NCBI GenBank assembly: GCA_022360535.1
Contig: JAKSCP010000398.1
Location: 1-37,756 of the forward strand
Reading direction: 5' to 3'
Source of the DNA: Pseudomonadales bacterium
GTDB lineage: Bacteria; Pseudomonadota; Gammaproteobacteria; Pseudomonadales; Pseudohongiellaceae
DNA: 37,756 bases
A program made the position numbers and the translations under genes. This document shows, piece after piece, positions 8,802 through 18,301 of the stretch (positions are counted from its first letter, which is position 1; every line of letters begins with the position of its first letter). The notes under the pieces were generated by a model that was not told where the DNA came from, ran no database searches, and worked only from the letters and a program-made list of their open reading frames with translations.

Positions 8802-9407
8802 CTATTGAGAGCCATTTAGTGCCTGAGTCTGTGCGGTGAGTTCAGCTAACAATTGATCGAATCCTCCTGCGTTCATAATGGCTGTGTACTCTGTGCGCTT
8901 AACAGCCAGATCGTTTACTCCATCTGCAATCGCGGCGATTATCTTCCAACTGGAATCGTCAGGCTGCAGAATGTAATCGAGTTTCACAGTGGTCATGGTT
9001 GGACTTGTGATTTCAGTTCTTACCATTACCCTCCCCGCACTCATACTTTCAAAACCAAGGGTCTGAAACTGTTGTTGCGAGTAGTTATCAAAGCGACTGG
9101 CGTAGGTCGCACTGCTTAGATCGATAAACTGCTCAATGAAGGATTGCTGTTGCTGCTGAGAAAGATCGCGCCAATGACGGTTGAGGACGACGTTGCCAAT
9201 AGTCTCCATATCGAATTTTTGCGACACCATTGTTTTCAGCCTCGCCTTTCGGTCTTGAAAACCAAGAGCATCGCCTGCCTGCATCACTTCCAGCAATAAG
9301 CCGTGAAACTCATCGACAGAAGCCACCGCCTGTTCATCTGCCTTGACACTGCCGCCCAGTAACGCAACCGATACAACCAGCAGCCGAGAAATCTGTTGAC
9401 GAATCAT
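8802..9407 (-). CDS. MlaC/Ttg2D-family (HpnM-like) periplasmic lipid-binding protein
   Basis: Family pattern FDMETIGNVVLNRHWRDLSQQQQQSFIEQF...YASRF...W.I.D...DGV.L. Start re-called to ATG 9407 (MIRQQISRLLVVSVALLGGSVKA, a clean signal peptide). The track ORF extends to GTG 9464. Confidence 0.75.
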   Translation of the reverse strand: MIRQQISRLLVVSVALLGGSVKADEQAVASVDEFHGLLLEVMQAGDALGFQDRKARLKTMVSQKFDMETIGNVVLNRHWRDLSQQQQQSFIEQFIDLSSATYASRFDNYSQQQFQTLGFESMSAGRVMVRTEITSPTMTTVKLDYILQPDDSSWKIIAAIADGVNDLAVKRTEYTAIMNAGGFDQLLAELTAQTQALNGSQ

Positions 9408-9623
9408 TTTCAAATCAGTGGTATCCGGTCTGAGTTTCCATTGCATCTGCAAAATTCTACCCACGAAAGGCTACCATGAGGCCTATAAAGATCAATTATT
9501 GCGGCGATAACAGGCTGCAAACGCCATATCCAGTCTCGATCCCCTATAATGTCGGCTCTGAGCTACCAGCCCATAAGGTTACTCTAAGCTAATCCGGCAC
9601 TCTCCAGCGACAAAACGATTTAC

Positions 9624-12224
9624 ATGTCCCCCCAAGATTCAACTCACGATACACCACTAGGCCGCCTGCTATTACTGATGACGCAGCGGGTCCAGGCACA
9701 GGCATGGCTTGTGGCACCTGGCTTCATTCTCGCTTCCTGCCTGGCGGCGTATCTTGCGATCACAAATCTGGGTGTAAACACGGCTACCAACGAGATGTTC
9801 TCGAGGAACCTCGACTGGTTTCAGCAGTTCGTGGAATTTCGAGACGAATTCCCTATTCTCGATCGCAATGTCATCGTGGCAATTGAAGGAGATCTGCCGG
9901 AGGCTGTGGACCGGGCACAACTTGCCCTGACAGAGAGACTGCAAAGCAACCCTGATCTGTTTGGCCAGATCCTCGCCCTTGAGACCAGCGATTTCTTTCT
10001 GCAAAACGGTTTGCTTTTCCTGTCTCTGGAGGAGTTGGAACAGCTAGGCGAACGCCTGGCGGCCCTGCAGCCTATAACCGGCCGGCTCAACCAACAACCC
10101 AATCTCGCAGGCTTTCTGTCCCTGCTTGAAGACAGCATCGAAAACGACAGTACTCAGAGCGAAGACTTTGACCGGGCATTGTCTGAGGTGACAGCGGTGT
10201 TCCAACAAAGTACGAACGGCGAAGTGGGCGCAATATCCTGGCAGAACCTGTTTAGCAACAACCAGGACTCGGATGGCTCTCCCTTTCGCAGACTGATCAT
10301 CGTCGTACCTCAGCTGGACTTTGAAGGCGCCGAACCCAGACGCCGACTGTTAAATGGCATTCGGGAAGAAGCTGCAGCACTTGGCTATGATGAAGACAGC
10401 GAAATCAGCGTCAGACTTACCGGCGGGCTGGCACTGGAGCAAGAAGAGTTAGCCAGTGTAAGTGAAGGCATCATTCAGGGCGCCATTGCTACCCTGATGT
10501 TGGTTATTGTCATTCTTCTGGTGACATTTCGTTCGGCCAAATTATTCTTTGCCAGTTTGATCACCCTGCTTTGTGGTTTAAGTATTACCGCTGCATTCAC
10601 GGCCATAAGTATTGGCTATATCAATCTTATTAGCGTCGCCTTCGTGGTCCTTTATATTGGCCTGGGAATCGATTTCGCTATTCACTACTGTTTACGTTAT
10701 CGAGAACTTATGGCTGCGGGCCACTCCCACGCCAACGCCCTGCCAGAAGCATCGAGAGATACAGGTGCTGCCCTGGTGCTCTGCGCCATAACCAGCTCTG
10801 TGGGATTTCTGGCATTTGTACCCACCAGTTTTTCCGGCGTAGCACAACTGGGGCTAATTGCTGGCTTTGGCATGTTTGCCAGCCTGTTTTCGACCCTACT
10901 ATTATTGCCTGCCCTGATTATGCTGTTTGGCCCGCCCGGCAATGCACTGGTACAACACACACCGCCTCTGTTTAGAGTTGTCGGACATTTTGTGGAACAC
11001 CATGTAATTAGTGTTAGAGTCGCGATTGCTATGTTGGCAATCGCTGTCCTGTGGCAAGCGAATAACGCGGAATTCGATAGCAATCCGGTAAATCTGCGAG
11101 ACCCTTCATCCGAATCAGTGGTCGCCTATCGCGATCTGTTGAATGATTCACAAACCACGCCACTCACCCTCAGCACCTTGCTAAGCCCAGGACAACTGGA
11201 CACCACTGCCGCAGAATTGATCGCAGTCCCGGCTGTCGGCGAACTACGCTCCATCCGCGATATCGTTCCACCGCAGCAGCAGGAGAAGATCGCGGTGTTA
11301 GATGATTTCGTTTTGTTTCTGGGAATGCCGCAAATGATTACCCTCGATGAAACGGATACAGAGCGCGATCTGGCCGCGCTGCAGGAGATCGTGCCATTGT
11401 TATTGGGTTCTGAGAATCCCAATGCCACAGAACTAGGGCGCGCTATAGAACTTTGGATGCAAGCACCCAACGCCGACGACCAATCGGTTCTTCTGCAACA
11501 AGTCAGTTCAGCCATTTTGGATAACCTTGCCTTCAGTTGGAATAGAATCGTCAGGGGTTTTCAGCCGCAACAATTCACCGCAGGTGATTTGCCCCCTGAC
11601 ACGCAACAGCTTTGGATTGCCGAAGATGGTCGCCAGCGGCTCCTGATCATTGCCACAGAGCCTTTGCTGGAAATGGACGAAATCGGTGCTTTTGTCGAAG
11701 CCGTTTCCACCGTTGCACCAACAGCAACCGGTCAACCGGAAATTCAATACAATGCGGGCCGCACCGTGGTTGCTGCTTTTATCCAGGCGATTTCAACAGC
11801 AGTGATCGCCGTGCTGATCCTATTACTATTGTTATTGCGCAATGTGCGGCAGACCTTTGCTGTGATTATCCCTCTGCTCCTGGCAACCGCCAGCACCGCT
11901 GCCATTGCCGCACTGATCAATCAACCGTTTAATTTTGCCAATGTTATTGCCCTGCCATTGCTGATCGGTGTTGGCGTAGACAATGGCATCCATATGGTCA
12001 AGCGGCACCAGCACAGTAGTGGCAGTGATGGCACACTCATGACTTCTTCTACTGCCCGGGCGATTCTATTCAGCACCATTACAACCATCGGGAGTTTCGG
12101 CACGCTGGCGTTTTCCAATCACCCAGGCACCGCGAGCATGGGCGTCATCTTAGCCATCGGGATGACGGCATCATTGCTGGCAGCGCTGTTTGTAGTCCCT
12201 GCCATACTGCCCCGGAAATCCTAG
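9624..12224 (+). CDS. MMPL/RND-superfamily transporter, HpnN-like (two 6-TM bundles, two periplasmic loops)
   Basis: 866 aa with two repeats of a hydrophobic bundle (LGIDFAIHY... and IGVGVDNGIHMV...), each preceded by a large soluble loop. Size and layout fit HpnN-type MMPL proteins. Divergent from the mlaC-like gene. Confidence 0.8.
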   Translation: MSPQDSTHDTPLGRLLLLMTQRVQAQAWLVAPGFILASCLAAYLAITNLGVNTATNEMFSRNLDWFQQFVEFRDEFPILDRNVIVAIEGDLPEAVDRAQLALTERLQSNPDLFGQILALETSDFFLQNGLLFLSLEELEQLGERLAALQPITGRLNQQPNLAGFLSLLEDSIENDSTQSEDFDRALSEVTAVFQQSTNGEVGAISWQNLFSNNQDSDGSPFRRLIIVVPQLDFEGAEPRRRLLNGIREEAAALGYDEDSEISVRLTGGLALEQEELASVSEGIIQGAIATLMLVIVILLVTFRSAKLFFASLITLLCGLSITAAFTAISIGYINLISVAFVVLYIGLGIDFAIHYCLRYRELMAAGHSHANALPEASRDTGAALVLCAITSSVGFLAFVPTSFSGVAQLGLIAGFGMFASLFSTLLLLPALIMLFGPPGNALVQHTPPLFRVVGHFVEHHVISVRVAIAMLAIAVLWQANNAEFDSNPVNLRDPSSESVVAYRDLLNDSQTTPLTLSTLLSPGQLDTTAAELIAVPAVGELRSIRDIVPPQQQEKIAVLDDFVLFLGMPQMITLDETDTERDLAALQEIVPLLLGSENPNATELGRAIELWMQAPNADDQSVLLQQVSSAILDNLAFSWNRIVRGFQPQQFTAGDLPPDTQQLWIAEDGRQRLLIIATEPLLEMDEIGAFVEAVSTVAPTATGQPEIQYNAGRTVVAAFIQAISTAVIAVLILLLLLLRNVRQTFAVIIPLLLATASTAAIAALINQPFNFANVIALPLLIGVGVDNGIHMVKRHQHSSGSDGTLMTSSTARAILFSTITTIGSFGTLAFSNHPGTASMGVILAIGMTASLLAALFVVPAILPRKS

Positions 12225-12328
12225 GCACGCCGTGGTCCTACTCAGCTCTGTGGTAGACTTGCCGTCTTTACGCGCAGGATCAGGAAAAACCCTGACTCAC
12301 TACCCTTTCAACTGTTACGAGTAAAGCA

Positions 12329-14122
12329 ATGAGATATTTATTTAGTTTTGTAGTTCTCAGTCTATTCATGGCCTGCTCCGAGCCTGTACCGTCTTCCAGC
12401 GGCACGAACCCAGCCAGTCCTGGCCAAACTCCTGCAGTTGAAACCGCCAGCGTTCGCGACGATTCAAGCACTGACTCAGACTGGCCATTCGGTTATATGG
12501 CGGCGGTAGCAAATCCCTATGCAACTGAGGCGGCGGCTGAAATTCTTGCCCAGGGTGGTCACGCCGTGGATGCAGCGATTGCCGCTCATACCGTGCTTGG
12601 GTTGGTAGAGCCCGAAAGCTCAGGCTTGGGTGGCGGCGGCTTCATGGTGGTTTACCAGCAGGACGACAAGCAGGTTAAGTTCTATGATGGCAGAGAGACC
12701 GCTCCCGCCGGCGCCACCATCGACATGTTCATGCGCGACGGTAGCGAGCTTGGTTTCTTTGAAGCCAAAGAGAGCGGTCGTGCAGTGGGGGTACCAGGCG
12801 CTGTCGCCCTCTACAAACTCGCCCATGATGCCCATGGCAAATTGCCCTGGGCCGCTGTATTCCAACCCGCCATACGATTGGCTAACGAGGGTTTCGTAGT
12901 CACCGGGAAGATGGCCAATTTTCTATCGGGATTTCGCCAATACACTATGCTGGATGAATTCGAAGGAAGTGCTGAATACTTTTACCCAGGTGGGGAACCT
13001 TTGCAGGCCGGCGACTTTTTACGCAATCCTGAATACGCGGCCACTCTGACTCGGGTAGCAGAGGAAGGCGCGCAAGCGTTCTATTCTGGCGAGATTGCAG
13101 AAGCAATTGTTACTGCGGTACAAGCCGAACCGAATCCCGGCACACTCACCATGGAAGACATCGCTAACTATCAAGCAGTGGCTCGGGATGCGGTCTGCGG
13201 TGATTGGCGAGAATTACAGATTTGCAGCGCTACTCCCCCTTCCTCGGGCGCCATGCAAATCATGGTGGCGAACATCTATGATGGCTTAGTCACGGAAGAT
13301 TCACCGCTAATGGAAAAAGTTCAGGCCTTCGTGGATGCACAGCGATTAGCCTATGCGGACAGAGACTATTACTTCGGCGATCCGGATCGGGTGGATGTAC
13401 CTCTTGAGCAACTGCTGAATACAGATTATTTGAATTACCGTTCCGAAAATCCTATTCCTCCGGCTGATATGCCCACACACGGCGACCCTGCAGCCATACT
13501 TGGTAATGGCACAGCAGCTGTTTGGATGGAAGACAGCACCGCCGAGCCCGCCGGCACGACACACTACTCTATCGTGGATGACGATGGGAATGCGGTATCT
13601 GTCACTATGACAGTAGAGTCAATATTCGGATCCGCACGGTGGGCAGCAGGATTTGTCCTCAACAATCAATTAACAGACTTTGCCAGGGTATATGATCCCG
13701 ATGAACCTGAAGCAGCGAATGCTGTCCGCCCCAGCGCCAGACCCCGTTCTTCCATGTCGCCAACTATCGTTTTAGACAGCAACGATGATCTGTACATGGT
13801 GACTGGCTCACCCGGTGGTAACTCCATTCCCGCCTATACTGCAAAAACGATTTTGGGAATAGTCGATTGGAATCTGTCTGTCGCCGAGGCGATTAGTTTT
13901 CCAAACATTATTGCCCGTGGACAGGCAGTGCACGTAGAAACCGGGATGCAACCAGGGGCGGAAGTAGCCAGCTATCTACAGGAAGCGGGTTATGTCGTAG
14001 AAGAGAGCCAGGGTGAAAATTCCGGATTACACGTCATACTGGTACACGAAGACCGACTTGAAGGCGGTGCCGACCCCCGACGTGAAGGTACGGTGCTGGC
14101 GCGCACACCACAGGACCAATAG
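12329..14122 (+). CDS. ggt: gamma-glutamyltransferase (lipoprotein-type signal)
   Basis: GGGGFMVVY, the autoprocessing/nucleophile region AGTTHYSIVDDDGNAVSVTMTVESIFGS, and TGSPGGNSIP. Lipobox LFMAC. Confidence 0.92.
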   Translation: MRYLFSFVVLSLFMACSEPVPSSSGTNPASPGQTPAVETASVRDDSSTDSDWPFGYMAAVANPYATEAAAEILAQGGHAVDAAIAAHTVLGLVEPESSGLGGGGFMVVYQQDDKQVKFYDGRETAPAGATIDMFMRDGSELGFFEAKESGRAVGVPGAVALYKLAHDAHGKLPWAAVFQPAIRLANEGFVVTGKMANFLSGFRQYTMLDEFEGSAEYFYPGGEPLQAGDFLRNPEYAATLTRVAEEGAQAFYSGEIAEAIVTAVQAEPNPGTLTMEDIANYQAVARDAVCGDWRELQICSATPPSSGAMQIMVANIYDGLVTEDSPLMEKVQAFVDAQRLAYADRDYYFGDPDRVDVPLEQLLNTDYLNYRSENPIPPADMPTHGDPAAILGNGTAAVWMEDSTAEPAGTTHYSIVDDDGNAVSVTMTVESIFGSARWAAGFVLNNQLTDFARVYDPDEPEAANAVRPSARPRSSMSPTIVLDSNDDLYMVTGSPGGNSIPAYTAKTILGIVDWNLSVAEAISFPNIIARGQAVHVETGMQPGAEVASYLQEAGYVVEESQGENSGLHVILVHEDRLEGGADPRREGTVLARTPQDQ

Positions 14123-14128
14123 CTGGAG

Positions 14129-15865
14129 TTACCGGTGGCGCAGTTGATTCTGTGTCCAGAGAGCCAGCAGTGTTGCTGTCAGCGGCAACAATCCTGCCAC
14201 CTGGCTCCGCAATCTGTTCAGCATAGGTGAGTTTGGATCAAGATCGCTATTCAGGTTCAGATCGATGACCTGTAGTGCACAAAGTGCCAACCCAATGACA
14301 AATATTATGGTCACCTGGAGTGGAGTGATTACCTCATCTTTCAGCAAAGCATGAACCAGATAGATCATAGAACCAATGATTGCTGTAACGATGATCAGAG
14401 AATGAAACTCAGTCATCGCATTGGATAAGCGTAAAAACTCCTGGCCGCCATCGGTAATTGCAGTCAATGCAGTAACCAACACGATGCCGTAAATCATCAA
14501 TCCTGACGACAACCAGGCCACCAGCCTGGTTTTCATTGAATACCAGGTAATCAGAACTGCCCAGAGCATCGCCCAGATGTAAATCAGGCAAAGAAACAAG
14601 ATCGCTCTCAGCAAGGAATAGGCAAAGCCTCGATCTGTGACTGCTTGCAGCGCCTGGAAAAACTCCGCCCTGACCGATGCGAAATTTTCAATCGTCAACG
14701 GCCCCAGCAGGCCGATAGTTACAATCTGGACGGCGCCCGCCACCAATAAACAATGGAATGCCATGCCTGCCCGAATGACAACGGCTCGCGCAGTACTCAT
14801 GGGCAACGTGCGGTCAAACACTGACACCCGCGCCTCACCATGCCTGAAATCGATTCCAAACATTGTAGCCAGGACGCCAACGAAGACAGTGCAGTAGAAG
14901 ATAAAAGAGAAGCCTGAAACAGTATCAAGCCGGTACTGACCGACGTCAGCGAACTCCCGGTATTGCAGGAACGAGAGCAGAAGCACCACCAGTGCACCAA
15001 TAGTGACCCCGATCCCAACTGACGCCTGCAGTCCCAGCGATTGCCTCTCCCTCCAAATCATCGCCGCCGTTCCCGATTTGGTTGGGCAGGCCGTTGTGAC
15101 GAATCTGAACAACGACAACGTGCTCAAACTTTCTACGAGATTGACGCTGGTACCAGATCTAAAGACCAGATTCTCACCTGAGCGTTGCTTGTGGACACCT
15201 AATATGAGTATAGCGACTGATGCAACGGTGATAAGAGCCGGGGCAATCGTGGTGGACCAGGGACCAGGCAGGAATGCGCCGGTTCCTTCTTCTAAAGCGA
15301 ACTCCGGAATAATCAATTCAAAATAAAACAAGAAAATGATCACTACCGTTGCTGCAAGTGATTCCGGACCATGATTCGAAAACCAGCTTAGCGACGTCAT
15401 CAGCAGTAGATATTCGAACACCATGAAATGGATCGGGCCATGGGGAAATGGCAGATCGAATACAACACCCAATACGACAACCGGCAGCAGGAAACCCAAG
15501 TAGGAAACTGAGACAACATAGCTCAGTGCGATGGTGACCAGCCTGATGGTTGAGATGGGATAGTGGTACTCTGATTTTAGCGGGAAGCCAAAGCCTACGC
15601 TGAGACTTCTATTTTGCACCAGCGTCGCCGACATCACTGCACTGAGCAACCAGGACGTGATCAGCGTAATCAGTATTACAATGTTGCCACGAGCATTTGC
15701 GAGCCCTTCGTTCGGGGTTAGATAGACCAGAAACAAAACCCCAAAACCAATAGCAGCCAACAGCTGCAAGGCGACGGCATACCGTGTCCGTTGCCAACAA
15801 TACCAAAAGAGCGCTCGTGATGGATTCATCGCAGTATTCATGGAAGTGCTCATGGGGATACTCAT
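14129..15865 (-). CDS. polytopic membrane protein, presumed permease of the adjacent ABC ATPase
   Basis: 578 aa with more than 12 hydrophobic helices. Its ATG overlaps the stop of the ABC ATPase gene (ATGA at 15865..15862). I recognise no specific family. Confidence 0.6.
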   Translation of the reverse strand: MSIPMSTSMNTAMNPSRALFWYCWQRTRYAVALQLLAAIGFGVLFLVYLTPNEGLANARGNIVILITLITSWLLSAVMSATLVQNRSLSVGFGFPLKSEYHYPISTIRLVTIALSYVVSVSYLGFLLPVVVLGVVFDLPFPHGPIHFMVFEYLLLMTSLSWFSNHGPESLAATVVIIFLFYFELIIPEFALEEGTGAFLPGPWSTTIAPALITVASVAILILGVHKQRSGENLVFRSGTSVNLVESLSTLSLFRFVTTACPTKSGTAAMIWRERQSLGLQASVGIGVTIGALVVLLLSFLQYREFADVGQYRLDTVSGFSFIFYCTVFVGVLATMFGIDFRHGEARVSVFDRTLPMSTARAVVIRAGMAFHCLLVAGAVQIVTIGLLGPLTIENFASVRAEFFQALQAVTDRGFAYSLLRAILFLCLIYIWAMLWAVLITWYSMKTRLVAWLSSGLMIYGIVLVTALTAITDGGQEFLRLSNAMTEFHSLIIVTAIIGSMIYLVHALLKDEVITPLQVTIIFVIGLALCALQVIDLNLNSDLDPNSPMLNRLRSQVAGLLPLTATLLALWTQNQLRHR

Positions 15866-16785
15866 GTCAATTGCACAGATTCTGGTTTACTGACCCGACC
15901 TACTCTGGCAACGAAAATCTCCTCCAGTGTTGCATGGCGACTGGAAACCACTTCGCCGTCGAATCGCTGGATCGAACTGCTGATCTGATCCAGACTGCAG
16001 TGATGAATAACGTTCCAGGATCTGCCTTCACCCACAGTGGAGATAGTTGCTTCCAGGGCCGGGAACGATGCCAGGTTGTCGCGAAATCTCAATTCTGTGT
16101 AGTGATGGGAACTACCCAGTGACTCTAGTGACTCATCCAGTGCAACTCTGCCATCCTGAATCATGATCACATGGTCAGAGAGTCGTTCCACCTCTTCCAG
16201 TAGATGAGAGGAAAACAAAACAGTTCTGCCCTCCTCAGAAATGGTCCTGACCACAGCATTGAGAATATCTTTACGCACAATGGCGTCTAAACCGCTTGAA
16301 GGCTCATCTAATATGAGCAAGTCCGGTTTATGCGCAACCGCTCCAATCAATGCAACTTGAGCGCGCATACCGCGGGACAGATTCTTAATAACCTTTGAAC
16401 TATCCAATTCAAACGTATTGAGCAGTTCCTTGGCATAGTTGCTGTCCCATGACGGATGAAATGCATGAACGTAGTCGCAAAACTCTACAATCGTCATCCA
16501 GTCTGGAATATCACGATCTTCCGACAAGTAGCCAATATGTGAGAGTGCTGCCTGCGGGTTTTTAATTGGATCGTTGGCGAATACTCGGACAGAGCCTTGC
16601 TGACAACGCAATAAACCTAACAGATGTTTGATGAGAGTGGTTTTGCCCGCCCCGTTTGCGCCAACCAGGCCGTAAACGATCCCCTCATTCAACTGCAAAT
16701 TGACATCCACTAGCGCATCAGTCTTACCGAATTTGCGACTGAGTTGGTTTACCTGTACTACTGAGTTACCTGCTGAAGGATTCAT
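15862..16785 (-). CDS. ABC transporter ATP-binding protein
   Basis: Walker A GANGAGKTT, signature LSRGMRAQV, Walker B LLILDEPSSGLD. ATGA overlap with the GntR gene at 16785..16782. Confidence 0.92.
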   Translation of the reverse strand: MNPSAGNSVVQVNQLSRKFGKTDALVDVNLQLNEGIVYGLVGANGAGKTTLIKHLLGLLRCQQGSVRVFANDPIKNPQAALSHIGYLSEDRDIPDWMTIVEFCDYVHAFHPSWDSNYAKELLNTFELDSSKVIKNLSRGMRAQVALIGAVAHKPDLLILDEPSSGLDAIVRKDILNAVVRTISEEGRTVLFSSHLLEEVERLSDHVIMIQDGRVALDESLESLGSSHHYTELRFRDNLASFPALEATISTVGEGRSWNVIHHCSLDQISSSIQRFDGEVVSSRHATLEEIFVARVGRVSKPESVQLT

Positions 16786-17177
16786 GATGTTCCCGCCCCT
16801 TCTGTCATCTGTGCCTTACGCTCATCAATGAGCTGTATGAGTTCTGCATGTGTGAAATTTAACTGGTGGGCCTCTGCCAACAACCCATCAATTCGTTGGC
16901 CGATGATCCGCAACCGTTCTTGATCAGCAAGGGCTACGGCTTCCTCGGCAATGTAGGTGCCCGCTCCACGGCGCTTGTAGATCACGCCCTGTGCCTCGAG
17001 CTCATCGTAAGCTTTCACCACTGTGTTAGGCGTGACGTTGAGCTGGAAGGCGAGAGTCCGAACAGGCGCAATCTCCTCGCCAGGCCGTAACAGGCCTGAA
17101 GCAACCATATAGCGGACCTGGTTAGCTATTTGGCGATAAATGGGCACGCCATCTTTCAAGTTGATACTGATATTCAT
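16782..17177 (-). CDS. GntR-family transcriptional regulator, short YtrA-like subfamily
   Basis: Winged HTH PIYRQIANQVRYMVASGLLRPGEEIAPVRTLAFQLNVTPNTVVKAYDELEAQGVIYKRRGAGTYI with only a short helical C-terminus. Start re-called to ATG 17177 (MNISINLKDGVPIY). The track start at 17240 is a TTG lying inside the predicted promoter/operator. Confidence 0.85.
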   Translation of the reverse strand: MNISINLKDGVPIYRQIANQVRYMVASGLLRPGEEIAPVRTLAFQLNVTPNTVVKAYDELEAQGVIYKRRGAGTYIAEEAVALADQERLRIIGQRIDGLLAEAHQLNFTHAELIQLIDERKAQMTEGAGTS

Positions 17178-17219
17178 GGGGCTAAGTCCATGGATCTGGG
17201 TTGTCTCGCTTCGTTTTAC

Positions 17220-17256
17220 TGTATCAGTATTGTGATACAATTTTGAAAAATGTCAA
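17220..17256 (-). promoter_or_regulatory. sigma70-type promoter overlapped by a 7-6-7 inverted repeat (candidate YtrA/GntR operator)
   Basis: The minus strand reads TTGACA (17256..17251), a 16-nt spacer, then CACAAT (17234..17229). The perfect inverted repeat TGTATCA-N6-TGATACA (17220..17226 and 17233..17239) overlaps the -10 and lies about 43 nt upstream of ATG 17177. Confidence 0.55.
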
Positions 17257-17364
17257 TGAACCTAACAAATCTTTTTTGGAGGCATGGATTTACGGGACCC
17301 GTAGAGAGTCCCGGGTGGGATTCAAGACGAAATGATGTGGGGAAATTGCCCGCGCTGGAACAAT

Positions 17365-18093
17365 CTATGCGGAAGCGGGGTCGCCTGAGTCTTGTTGTTG
17401 CAGTGCGGTATTGATGAAGCTTTCAAGCTTGTCCTCGTCCTCGGTCTTCATATGGACGAACTGACTGCGAAGAAATGAAATATTGGCACCGTCATCATTG
17501 ATCATGCCAATCAGTTGCACGCCACACTGCAAAACCAACTCATCAGTGAGGTTAATCTTACAGGCATCCACGATTTGCAGGTTCTTGAGCTCGTTGCCCA
17601 GGTTTTCATTGACTCGGAATTTTGCCCCTGAAGTAGATATATCCATCACCGTGCCTTCGATCATGGCACCAGTGGTCAGGTATAAAGTAACAGGCACATC
17701 CCGGTCCCGTTCCAGATTTACCCTGACTGTCTTTCTTAGCTGGGTACAGGCAATTTTGTATGGCAGTCCGAAATCATGCAGTGAAGACCCACCATTGCCC
17801 ACCGAGTCGCCTTCAGACATCTTGGACTGAAATACTATTGAGACTCCACCACTTTGTCCGCGAAACATGATGGTTTTGCCGCTCAGGCTTTCCCGATCCA
17901 TGCTGTCACTTTCCACACAGAAAGTTCCACCCTGCACATTCAACGAAACCAGGCGAAGGGAATGGGTAGTGACCCGGTTTCTGATCTTGGTCACATAGGA
18001 ATACTTCCATCCTTGCTCGATGGACATCTTCAGCAATTGCACGATTTCCTGGCGGTGGGTCAAATCGCCATCTGTAAGATTCAATTCCTGCAT
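17365..18093 (-). CDS. YcgR-like PilZ-domain c-di-GMP binding protein (paralog 2)
   Basis: LRKTVR (RxxxR) and DISTSGAKF (DxSxxG). It shares FRGQSGGVSIVF with FRAQSGGLSLIF in paralog 1. Lengths are 242 and 241 aa. Confidence 0.75.
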   Translation of the reverse strand: MQELNLTDGDLTHRQEIVQLLKMSIEQGWKYSYVTKIRNRVTTHSLRLVSLNVQGGTFCVESDSMDRESLSGKTIMFRGQSGGVSIVFQSKMSEGDSVGNGGSSLHDFGLPYKIACTQLRKTVRVNLERDRDVPVTLYLTTGAMIEGTVMDISTSGAKFRVNENLGNELKNLQIVDACKINLTDELVLQCGVQLIGMINDDGANISFLRSQFVHMKTEDEDKLESFINTALQQQDSGDPASA

Positions 18094-18301
18094 GAGTTCC
18101 TGGCTTTTACTGCCCCCTCAAAACCTGTTCGCTTCGCAGCCATCGATTCAGGCTCTACGCTGTTTCCTCAAGCCTAAATACCAGTGACGGCCAGTGGCTG
18201 CTTAGATTACAGAAAATCGGCGGGAATAACGAGGTGGATATCACACTATTCGGGGTCTACAGCCAAGCTTGCCGTCACATCTACCCACTGATTTCGACCC
18301 G

